Origin: Desulfurococcales archaeon | GTDB taxonomy: Archaea > Thermoproteota > Thermoprotei_A > Sulfolobales > Acidilobaceae | Length of the DNA: 24,000 nucleotides | Assembly (NCBI GenBank): GCA_015521705.1 | Contig: WANR01000001.1 | Span: 1 to 24,000, forward strand | Direction: 5' to 3' | Shown here: one piece after another, positions 1-7,466 of the stretch | Layout of the letters: each line of letters begins with the position of its first letter | Position numbering within the stretch: the first letter of the stretch is position 1 | Made by a program: the position numbers and the translations under genes | Notes under the pieces: model-generated | Seen by the model: only the letters and a program-made list of their open reading frames with translations | Databases searched by the model: none | Told to the model about the DNA's origin: nothing

Positions 1-170
1 CGCCTGAGAGCTAGCTCGAAGGGGTCTAGGACAGGCTCAATAATTATCCTATCGCCCCTAACCACCAGTCTTACAAGTGTGCTCTCTCTCAGCCCAACAG
101 CCTCCGCCACGCTCTTAGGTATGTAAAGAGTATTTTTCCTGCCTATACGGGTTTTAGCAGTTAAACTCAA
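1..170 (-). CDS. AbrB/SpoVT (MazE/VapB-like) DNA-binding protein, N-terminal part; the gene runs off the left edge
   Basis: My own minus-strand translation from TTG at 170 gives (M)SLTAKTRIGRKNTLYIPKSVAEAVGLRESTLVRLVVRGDRIIIEPVLDPFELALR. This fits the swapped-hairpin AbrB pattern (K.R.G..N.lyIPK.v.e..GL.eG..v.l.v.gd.i.i.P). It is absent from the ORF track because no stop lies inside the window. Confidence 0.55.
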   Translation of the reverse strand, partial: MSLTAKTRIGRKNTLYIPKSVAEAVGLRESTLVRLVVRGDRIIIEPVLDPFELALR

Positions 171-392
171 TAGCCACCACTCAGATTGAAAACATGGTCT
201 AAGACGACATAAATACTTTCCGACAAACACTAAATTGCCAGACTAAAGCCCTATAACCAGGATTAGTAGCCAAGTATAGGCTTTCTAGGAAACCGCTATG
301 AAGCCTCTAAGCTAGGCAGGAGAATGCCGAAACTGTGTATAAAGGCACTTAAGAAGCCTCTTAGTTGCATAAAATGCTTTACTGCATGAAAT

Positions 393-416
393 GATCCCTT
401 ACACTTTTCAGGGATC
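393..416 (-). terminator. 7 bp inverted repeat (GATCCCT / AGGGATC, 10 nt loop) just downstream of the 81 aa gene
   Basis: Arms at 393-399 and 410-416 were read directly. The repeat lies 6 nt past the stop at 422. Any role in 3' end formation is only inferred. Confidence 0.2.
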
Positions 417-421
417 CTATC

Positions 422-667
422 CTAGCTGGCTTTGGCTACTATTACCTTGTCTCCTTTATCCTCGAGTATTCTGAGTACTCCATAGTCTTTGAACATTTCT
501 AGTACTTGCCTTAGCTCTGAGGCTTTGCTGGAAGTGTTTACTATAACCAGGATGTCTCCTCTATTCAGCCTGCGTATGTGTGTCAGAATAGCCGCTACTA
601 CTCCCCCGCAACGCTCGGACTCCTTCTCTAGGTCAATTACCACTCGCGCTTTACTGCCTGCCTCCAT
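422..667 (-). CDS. Small TusA/SirA-fold-like protein lacking the CPxP motif (has ERCGG instead)
   Basis: ATG start preceded by GGGAGGG. The pattern VIDL...C.G......i..L..GDILVIV.......l......G........GDKVIV.K matches the TusA layout, but the Cys context is non-canonical. It is the last gene behind coxG-xdhC. Confidence 0.45.
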   Translation of the reverse strand: MEAGSKARVVIDLEKESERCGGVVAAILTHIRRLNRGDILVIVNTSSKASELRQVLEMFKDYGVLRILEDKGDKVIVAKAS

Positions 668-709
668 GGACCCTCCCGGAAGCTACATTCTCGCTAAGGA
701 GTTTTCCTA

Positions 710-1627
710 TCACTCCCCCTTGGCAACTAGCTGTTCGAGCTTGTCGTAGGGGGAGCCCTTCACTTCTACCATGAACCTGCCCTTGCCACCCCTCCTATGG
801 GCTACTATACCCGCAACCAGGCTGAGCGCTAATTCTTCAGGGGTTATCGCCCCTATATGAATCCCTGCTGGGGCCTCGACCTTAGCCTTTAGGTCGCTTA
901 TCTTGTGGCCCTTCCTGGCAAGCCTCCTGAACACTTCCTGGGCCCTGTTAACGCTTGCCACTAGGTAGATCCTGGCTGGGCTCTTCCTGGCCAGGTAGTC
1001 TATAGCCTCTACATCGACCTCTGTCCTCCCCATGGTGGCTATGACAGCGTATGTATGCCTGTCGATCCTGGCGTTATCCAATTCCTTAATGGACGTTAAC
1101 ACCTTGTCTGCCTCTGGGTACTCTCTCACATCAGCGGCCCTATCAACCACGGTCACCTTGTAACCCATGAACTTGCCTAGCCTGGCCAGGGCTTTGGAGA
1201 CCTCATTGTGGCCCACAATTATTATCTGGGGCCTCGGGTAGACGGGCTCCATGTAGAGGAGAACCTCGCCCCCACAGGGGGTTCCCACCTCTATAACGTT
1301 CTCATCTATACGTTTCAGCTCCTCCCCGGCCATGACAAGCTTTAAAAGCTTGGGGCTTCCCGTCTTAAGTACTTCTAAGGCGGCCAGGGTTATAGCGTTC
1401 TCGCTGCACCAGCCGCCAAGCCACCCGAGAACTCTGCCATCAGGCAGTATGACCCCCTTAGCGCCGACCTTAGCTGTGGCTGATCCCTTGACACTGACCA
1501 CCACAGCCAAGACGAATTCTTGCTCTTTTTCGACCAGGTCTCCTAATATTTTGAGGAAACTTGGCAGGTTCTCATCGTATCTGACCTGGGCCAGGAAGAA
1601 CCACCTCGTTAATAAGATTAGGGGCAT
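710..1627 (-). CDS. XdhC/CoxI-family molybdoenzyme maturation (cofactor insertion) protein
   Basis: The N-terminal XdhC_CoxI motif is LAVVVSVKGSATAKVGAKGVILPDGRVLGWLGGWCSENA. It is followed by a Rossmann-like XdhC_C region, PQIIIVGHNEVSKALARLGKFMGYKVTVVD. ATG start. Confidence 0.85.
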   Translation of the reverse strand: MPLILLTRWFFLAQVRYDENLPSFLKILGDLVEKEQEFVLAVVVSVKGSATAKVGAKGVILPDGRVLGWLGGWCSENAITLAALEVLKTGSPKLLKLVMAGEELKRIDENVIEVGTPCGGEVLLYMEPVYPRPQIIIVGHNEVSKALARLGKFMGYKVTVVDRAADVREYPEADKVLTSIKELDNARIDRHTYAVIATMGRTEVDVEAIDYLARKSPARIYLVASVNRAQEVFRRLARKGHKISDLKAKVEAPAGIHIGAITPEELALSLVAGIVAHRRGGKGRFMVEVKGSPYDKLEQLVAKGE

Positions 1628-1658
1628 GAGAACCTAAAAACCATGCTAATTGACCCGT

Positions 1659-2108
1659 TTAGGAGTCCTCCTCGATCACCCTCTTAAGGCCTTCAGCCAT
1701 CTCGCCTATAAGCCTTCTGGCCAAGCTGTCGAGTATTCTTCCCCCCATAGAGGCTGCCAGGCCGACGACTATGCCCTCGAACCTCCAAGACACAGAGCTC
1801 CCGTCCTCCGTACTACTTATCTTAAACTCTAGGGTGTAATCCAGGTTGCTCCCGGCTCCCCTGCCGCTACCCCTGATCTTAATGTATGAGGGCTCCCGTG
1901 ACTCAACGATCCTTCCCCTGACATTACCCTTCCCACTTATGGGGCCGAGTTTCAGGGCCAAGTCTATCTTGAATTCTCCATCGCTACTTATCTCTACTCC
2001 CTGGAAGCCTGGAAAGGCCCTGGAAAACTTCCTAGGATCAATGAGGTGATTGAAAACCCTCGCCGGATCTTTCCCCACCTTAAAGCGTCCCTCATACTTA
2101 ACCCTCAA
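1659..2108 (-). CDS. CoxG-like SRPBCC protein (carbon monoxide dehydrogenase subunit G family)
   Basis: VKYEGRFKVGKDPARVFNHLIDPRKF...FPGFQGVE...LKLGPISGKGNVRG...VGLAASMGGRILDSLARRLIGEM follows the CoxG pattern. The track ORF extends to 2195. However, a TTG at 2108 is preceded by GGAGGTG (2116-2122) and gives the usual M.v.G.f.v N-terminus. Confidence 0.8.
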   Translation of the reverse strand: MRVKYEGRFKVGKDPARVFNHLIDPRKFSRAFPGFQGVEISSDGEFKIDLALKLGPISGKGNVRGRIVESREPSYIKIRGSGRGAGSNLDYTLEFKISSTEDGSSVSWRFEGIVVGLAASMGGRILDSLARRLIGEMAEGLKRVIEEDS

Positions 2109-2260
2109 CCAGCGGCACCTCCCCGGCAAGACTGTACTCTCTTGGTTGCTCTTTGTTACAGATCCTAATATAGAGAATCTAATAAGGTTGCCCATTGACT
2201 AAAAAGTGACGGCTGAGCCGCCTAGTTGCTAGCCCTCCAGAGCTTTAGGGTAATGGAGCC

Positions 2261-2872
2261 ATGGACGCTAGGATAGCTGGAATAGTCTTCGCTGCAGGAA
2301 GATCGTCTAGGATGGGCTTTAACAAGCTTATAGCTGATTTATGCGGCATGCCTGTTCTCGCTCACGTGCTGGTCAAGGTGTGCTCCATAGATAGCCTAGA
2401 CCCTAAAATACTCGTTGTAGGCTTTGAGCACGACAGAGTCTTATCAGCAGCCAAGAACTATGGACTGGAGAAGTTCAAGGTAGCCATAAACAGGGAGTAC
2501 GAGAGAGGACTCAGCACTTCCATGAGAAAAGCCCTAGAACTCGCCATGAACGTTGACGCATTCATGTTTATACACGGCGACATGCCTTTGATAAAAGCGG
2601 AAACCATAGAGAGACTAGCCAGTCTCTATATGGAAAGAGAACCCCTAATACTAATCCCAAGGTACATGGGGACTAGAGGGTCACCGGTAATAGTTAGCAG
2701 CGCTCTTAGGGAAGAGCTGTCACGCATAGAAGGAGACATAGGTGCCAGGGCACTCTTCGGAAAATACAGGGAGAGGATAACATACGTGGATGTGGATGAC
2801 GAGTACATACTTTTCGACATAGACACGCCTGAAGACCTAAAACAGGCTAGAAGCCTTTGCAGCCAAAGCTAG
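2261..2872 (+). CDS. MobA/MocA-like nucleotidyltransferase (molybdenum cofactor cytidylyl/guanylyltransferase family)
   Basis: The N-terminal signature is GIVFAAGRSSRMGFNKLIADLCGMPVL. It is ~200 aa and lies divergent to coxG-xdhC. Confidence 0.8.
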   Translation: MDARIAGIVFAAGRSSRMGFNKLIADLCGMPVLAHVLVKVCSIDSLDPKILVVGFEHDRVLSAAKNYGLEKFKVAINREYERGLSTSMRKALELAMNVDAFMFIHGDMPLIKAETIERLASLYMEREPLILIPRYMGTRGSPVIVSSALREELSRIEGDIGARALFGKYRERITYVDVDDEYILFDIDTPEDLKQARSLCSQS

Positions 2873-2938
2873 ATAAGGGGGCACAGATTGTGGGATCTGC
2901 TAAAGTAGCGGCTGCAACAATGCTGGCTGCCGTCAGAG

Positions 2939-4297
2939 CTATCCCGGTCTCCCCGTCAGCTCTCCTGGATGAACTGTTGAAGGCGCGGCAGCTGGTTCTA
3001 CACCAACGACATCCAGTTCTATGCATTGGGCTCCCGTGCCTAAGACGCCTGCTATGCTTGGATTGGTTCTTCCATTGTCGCCACTAACCAGTTCCTTAAT
3101 ATACAGGCCGGCATCAGCCTTGATCAGACACTCTATAAGTCCCGGCATGACCCCTGTGCATCTAATATCGTGAAGCCTCTTTCTCCTCAAGACATTGGCC
3201 CGTCTGTGGAGGACACGCTGCGGGGTCCACTGGTTTATGACTGCTCCCCTGAGGCTCTCCAAAGCCTTTAACACCTCTTCCACGCTTATGGGTTCTCCTA
3301 GCAGTATGAGTGCTTTATAGACCTTTGTGCTTGAAGCATCTTCCTTGTACAGGATAACGGTTTTCCTGTCAGTGAACCCCTCAAACCTAAACTCCACTAA
3401 AGAGCCAGACTCCCTATTGACCACTTTTTCGGCCTCTTCCAAGTTAATCCTCCTCTTCATGGGCTGCTTTAACTCTACCACTACAGGCCTGCCCGTGCCA
3501 AGCATTCTTGCGTCAACATCCTCTCTCCCCATGGCATGTAGCACAACTCTCTCGGCCCTAGCGATTCTCAGTAGGGGCCACGAGGCCTGTTCCACACTGT
3601 AGTACCTGGGACCCGTCGGTGAGGGCCAGTATGCCTGGCTGATCATCCTGCCTTTCTTCCAGTAAGTGCCCCTAACGAATAGGCTGGATGGTTTGACGTC
3701 TACCTCCCCAGACGGGTAGTCCACCAGGATAGTAGCTTCGGGCGATGAAAAGTCTACCTCGACGCTGGCTAGTTTTTGGATCCTCTTACCGATCTCCCTT
3801 CTAAGCTCCGCCTTGATGGATTCCCCATACTCTATCCCATGCTCCATCTTCAAGCGTTCTTCAAGCTCTCGGATCTCCTTGTTTAGCCTGACGCCGACGA
3901 CAAACCTTGAAACATCATAGCTCTTCAGCAGCCTGACAGCCTTGCGAGCCACGTTCTCTATAAATTCCTCTATATTACCACCGCATAGGATACAGGGCTT
4001 CGCCTCTAGGTCACCACCTGTCAGCTCCCTGTAAAGGCCGCTGGCCTTAGCACCTATGTTACCAGCTATCTCCAGGAACACCTCCCTGGCCCTCTCATCG
4101 CCCTCCCGAATCCTAGCATGCAAGCTCATGACGAGAAGGGCCTTTATAGAGGCTCCGCGAAGCCTGTTATCCCAGCCATAACCTAGCCTGGCAAAAAAGC
4201 GGCCCAGGCAGCGATCACAAAGAGGACTAGAATAGAGTAGGCTGGCAGCCTTTTCAAGGATCAGAGCCTCGGATCCAAGCCGTAAACCCTTTACCAA
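2939..4297 (-). CDS. pus10: tRNA pseudouridine synthase Pus10
   Basis: The N-terminal zinc motif is CDRCLGRFFARLGYGWDNRLRG, with a second pair CILCGG. The catalytic motif is GREDVDARMLGTGRPVVVEL. The track ORF starts at GTG 4393. TTG at 4297 (MVKGLRLGSEALILEKA...) fits the usual Pus10 N-terminus and leaves an AT-rich divergent promoter at about 4330-4348. Confidence 0.85.
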   Translation of the reverse strand: MVKGLRLGSEALILEKAASLLYSSPLCDRCLGRFFARLGYGWDNRLRGASIKALLVMSLHARIREGDERAREVFLEIAGNIGAKASGLYRELTGGDLEAKPCILCGGNIEEFIENVARKAVRLLKSYDVSRFVVGVRLNKEIRELEERLKMEHGIEYGESIKAELRREIGKRIQKLASVEVDFSSPEATILVDYPSGEVDVKPSSLFVRGTYWKKGRMISQAYWPSPTGPRYYSVEQASWPLLRIARAERVVLHAMGREDVDARMLGTGRPVVVELKQPMKRRINLEEAEKVVNRESGSLVEFRFEGFTDRKTVILYKEDASSTKVYKALILLGEPISVEEVLKALESLRGAVINQWTPQRVLHRRANVLRRKRLHDIRCTGVMPGLIECLIKADAGLYIKELVSGDNGRTNPSIAGVLGTGAQCIELDVVGVEPAAAPSTVHPGELTGRPG

Positions 4298-4384
4298 CGC
4301 TGGCAGGCACCAGATCCACAATACCAGGAGGAAAAGTAAAAATTTAGGGACAGAACCCTTTAGATTCCTCCAAGGAAGCCGCGC

Positions 4385-4654
4385 ATGAAGCACCCTGTCG
4401 TAGTAAAGCTCGTTGTCACAGGCTGTGAAGAGTACCTAGTTAACACCCTGTACTGGTGGCTGCTGGAGATAGAGGACTTAATAGAAGAGGAATGTGGTAT
4501 CGATATAGTTCCTGAGAAAGCCATGGAAAGCGAGTGCACAAGACCCTACCCTGTAAGGCTCTACGCTAATGAAGAGCTAGTGATGGAAGGGCTTCCAGGG
4601 GAAGAAGGCTACCTAATAGAAGCTCTTAAAAAGCTTATTAAGGAGTGCAGGTAA
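4385..4654 (+). CDS. Small hypothetical protein (89 aa), acidic
   Basis: ATG ORF divergent from pus10. I recognised no motif. A loose beta-alpha-beta thioredoxin-like periodicity is the only hint. Confidence 0.45.
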   Translation: MKHPVVVKLVVTGCEEYLVNTLYWWLLEIEDLIEEECGIDIVPEKAMESECTRPYPVRLYANEELVMEGLPGEEGYLIEALKKLIKECR

Positions 4655-4808
4655 AGAGCTGAGAAAACCCCTATGAGCCCGGCTTCCCGGCGATTTAAGG
4701 TTATTAGTCTCCTAGAGCACCTAGCGAGTTTGGACTCGTACTCGTAAGACCCGTACTTAGTAAGGTTAAGGCTGTGAAATAGTGATAAACTGCTTGAGGT
4801 GAGCCTAC

Positions 4809-5684
4809 ATGGAGTTATTATACGACATCTGTAAACCGCTGATAGGTGTCGTGCATCTTCCCCCCCTACCAGGCTCTCCTGGCTACAAGAGGAACCCCTA
4901 TCCCCGCCTTCACGGTAGAAGGTGGGATGTAGGAGACATAGTAGAGTATGCAGTTGAAGAGGCTAGAAAATACTACGAGGCAGGCTTTGACGGCATCATT
5001 CTGGAAAACTTCGGCGATAGACCCTTCACAATGACCGTCTCCCCAGGCCAAGCTATAAGCCTAGCACTCATAGCTAGTGAAGTAAATAAGTCGGTACCCA
5101 TAAGAGTGGGCGTAAATGCCTTGAGGAACAGCGCCTACGAGGCGCTATACATAGCTTATATAGCCAGACTATCTATGATACGTGTCAATAACATGTGTGA
5201 GGTGAGGGTCTCTCCAGAAGGCATAATGGAGCCTGCAGCGCAGAGGCTAGCCCAGGCCGCTGCAGAGCTCGACGCGTTTGACCACTTAAACAGTGGAAAG
5301 ATAGTTGTCTTTGCTGATGTCGATGTGAAGCACTCAGCCAGGGTTGGCAGCGAGTACGACTTGAGGGAAACTGTTTCAGACTGCATAGAGAGAGCTGGAG
5401 CCTCTATAGGCTATATTGTGGCTACAGGGTCCAGGACCGGGTCTGAGCCAGACTTGGAGCTTGTAGAGGTCATGGCAAGCGCCGCTAAACCCCTAGGTAG
5501 CAGGATTGCCATAGGTAGTGGCGTTTCCCAGGACAATATAGCGACCTACTGGAAGGTAGCCGATGCATTCATAGTGGGTAGCTCCGTAAAGGTCGGGGGC
5601 CAGGCTGAGAACCCTGTATCAACAGAGAAGGCTAGGAATCTGGTAAAACTAGTCCACAGGTATAGGAAAATATTTCCCTGCTAG
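4809..5684 (+). CDS. BtpA/SgcQ-family TIM-barrel protein
   Basis: The signature is PLIGVVHLPPLPGSPGY ... EAGFDGIILENFGDRPF. A perfect SD, GAGGTGAG (4796-4803), lies 5 nt before the ATG. Confidence 0.85.
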   Translation: MELLYDICKPLIGVVHLPPLPGSPGYKRNPYPRLHGRRWDVGDIVEYAVEEARKYYEAGFDGIILENFGDRPFTMTVSPGQAISLALIASEVNKSVPIRVGVNALRNSAYEALYIAYIARLSMIRVNNMCEVRVSPEGIMEPAAQRLAQAAAELDAFDHLNSGKIVVFADVDVKHSARVGSEYDLRETVSDCIERAGASIGYIVATGSRTGSEPDLELVEVMASAAKPLGSRIAIGSGVSQDNIATYWKVADAFIVGSSVKVGGQAENPVSTEKARNLVKLVHRYRKIFPC

Positions 5685-5703
5685 CAAACCCTTAAAGGCT
5701 AAT

Positions 5704-6231
5704 TCACCAGGGAACATTCTTTAGGCCTAGCCTGTAGGCCATGTAATTAGTACCGACGTGCAGCACTAACACAACTACTGCCAGTATAATTGATGGCACC
5801 AAACGGATCTGAACTCCAGCAATGTATAATAACAGGAGCGCCCCCACATAGAAGTCCAGCTGATCCAGTAAAGGAGCCGGCGCCCCGCGAGGCATGTTGA
5901 TCCTTCTCTTAACGAACGAGCCTGCCATGTCACCTATAAGAGCGCCGATCGAAGATAAAATGCCTAGCGTGATGAAACCCGCGTTCTGAGAGAAGATAGC
6001 TATTATGGCCGAAACCACTAGGCCGGCCACTAGTCCCGACGTGACGCCCTCCCACGTCTTTCCATCACCCAGAAGCCTCCTACCATCTAGGAACTTCAAG
6101 TTAAAGTCCACAGGATGCGAGTTCTTCACGTACCTCAGGACAACTACTGGAGCCCCATTAGCAGCCATTGCTGGAAGTATTAGTTGTAGATGCCAGAGCA
6201 GATCACTTAGTATACCCACTCCACGTGCCAC
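5704..6231 (-). CDS. carS: CDP-archaeol synthase (CDP-2,3-bis-O-geranylgeranyl-sn-glycerol synthase)
   Basis: ILPAMAANGAPVV...HPVDFNLKFLDGRRLLGDGKTWEG matches the CarS/DUF46 signature. The protein is polytopic and hydrophobic. GTG start; its first codons overlap the upstream ATPase gene. Confidence 0.85.
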   Translation of the reverse strand: MARGVGILSDLLWHLQLILPAMAANGAPVVVLRYVKNSHPVDFNLKFLDGRRLLGDGKTWEGVTSGLVAGLVVSAIIAIFSQNAGFITLGILSSIGALIGDMAGSFVKRRINMPRGAPAPLLDQLDFYVGALLLLYIAGVQIRLVPSIILAVVVLVLHVGTNYMAYRLGLKNVPW

Positions 6232-6776
6232 CCTTTAGGACGAAACCTAAGCCTAGTACTGTCACTGGTACTTACAGGCCTGAGCAAGGCTTCAAACAGT
6301 CCTCCCTCTATCTTCCTTGTTTCTATAACGGCGTCTATGTAGGGCTCGACGAACCTGAGTCCAGCTGGTTCACTACCTTGTTTCCGAGCCTGGGCAACAG
6401 ACACGCCACCACCCTCTTTCAGAATTGAGGAAACATAGGCTAAAAGCGAGGCATTGTTGGGAAGATCATCCGCATAGAAGGAGTTTAGAGTATCAACCAC
6501 TGTGAAGAAACCCATTACAGCTGCTCTAGTCACCTTCCTGGCCAAGTCGTCAATAGCGTATATGGGGTAATGCCCGAGGCTGAGCCCTGTCCTCGCTATG
6601 AGAGGCAAGGTTCCAGCCTCGCTAAAAAGAACCACCACCTTTAGTTCTTTTGCTATGGCCCTTGAAGCCAGGTGCATAGCCAGCCTTGTCTTGCCACTTC
6701 CAGGTCCACCGTAAATGAGTAGATGCCTCCCTCTAGCAATAAAAGAGTCTAGATCTGCGGGGACAACAGGGCCCAA
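6207..6776 (-). CDS. Single-domain KaiC/RecA-superfamily P-loop ATPase
   Basis: Walker A is LLIYGGPGSGKTRLAMHLA. The RecA/KaiC-type Walker B is FFTVVDTLNSFY. TTG start; the 3' end overlaps carS by 25 nt. Confidence 0.7.
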   Translation of the reverse strand: MGPVVPADLDSFIARGRHLLIYGGPGSGKTRLAMHLASRAIAKELKVVVLFSEAGTLPLIARTGLSLGHYPIYAIDDLARKVTRAAVMGFFTVVDTLNSFYADDLPNNASLLAYVSSILKEGGGVSVAQARKQGSEPAGLRFVEPYIDAVIETRKIEGGLFEALLRPVSTSDSTRLRFRPKGWHVEWVY

Positions 6777-6855
6777 GTCTTTGGCACCTGTGATACCGGG
6801 GCTAGGAGTCCTGGGGCTTCGTAGCTTGTGGGATCGAAGGCTCCAGTATCAACTC

Positions 6856-7377
6856 TTAAAAGCCCTGCCTTCTCCTGGGCCTTGAAACCAGTCTTAGCCT
6901 GTCTCTAATTTCCTTGTCTATCTCAGCATCTACCAGTGATACCCTGTTTCTTAGCTCTTCAAAATGCACCTTGACGAATTCAACGATACCTTGAGGGGCT
7001 CCACTCTTTTCTAGGGCAGCCTTTCCTTGGCTCGTGGTTCTTAGCTTCCTGTATAGTCCTGGTTCCGTCTCTAGGAACCCTACATACATGAGGGTTACAA
7101 GGTCGTTTTTCAGTGACTGGCTATATATATTGTTGCCCACTTTCCTGAAGTCGTACCCTAGATCGAGGCCTTTATCCTGGAGTATGTAAGTGACCTCAGT
7201 TAGGGTTCTCTCGTGTAGGGGGCCAAGAGCGTCTATGAGATAGAGCAGCCCCATCTGCCTCTTGTTCTGCATAACTTTTTCAGGAGTAACTACTTGGACT
7301 GTAACGATCTTTAGCTCCTTAGACTTCCCTTCTTCCCCCTTCTTCTCTTCTCTCTTGCGCGCCAATGTGTCAAGCAC
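6856..7377 (-). CDS. Hypothetical protein (173 aa): basic/acidic N-terminus, globular core, helical tail
   Basis: Long ORF with protein-like composition directly upstream of the ATPase on the same strand. No motif recognised. Confidence 0.5.
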   Translation of the reverse strand: MLDTLARKREEKKGEEGKSKELKIVTVQVVTPEKVMQNKRQMGLLYLIDALGPLHERTLTEVTYILQDKGLDLGYDFRKVGNNIYSQSLKNDLVTLMYVGFLETEPGLYRKLRTTSQGKAALEKSGAPQGIVEFVKVHFEELRNRVSLVDAEIDKEIRDRLRLVSRPRRRQGF

Positions 7378-7466
7378 CCTTATACTAATTTTCTTTTTCT
7401 CAGCTCTATTAAAGAGATTGGGTGCGGTGCTTGGATCAATTGCCAGCGAGGAGAAAGCAGGGCAAC

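Noticed and set aside
299-363. Direct repeat GAAGCCTCT at 299-307 and 351-359 in the left intergenic region
   Set aside because: There are only two short copies with no flanking structure. This is compatible with chance.
489-749. Many 60-110 aa track ORFs lie antisense to or inside long genes. Examples: 489-749+, 1332-1637+, 1650-1832+, 1846-2049+, 2626-2826-, 3327-3602+, 4866-5051-, 5156-5386-, 6005-6238+, 6168-6428+, 7262-7546+, 7520-7837-, 7874-8095-, 8452-8709-, 9026-9241-, 9548-10195+, 10554-10945 (both strands), 11952-13343+, 13518-14047+, 15679-16451+, 17328-17525+, 17706-18015-, 18159-18398+, 18297-18545-, 21447-21641+, 22151-22396+, 22644-23103+, 23750-23962+.
   Set aside because: Each overlaps a longer ORF with clear family motifs. 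They have Ser/Pro/Leu/Arg-rich, low-complexity translations typical of shadow frames.
2857-3087. 76 aa plus-strand ORF following the mocA-like gene
   Set aside because: It overlaps the 3' end of pus10 on the opposite strand. The composition is Ala/Leu/Arg-rich and no motif is present, so it is probably a shadow ORF.
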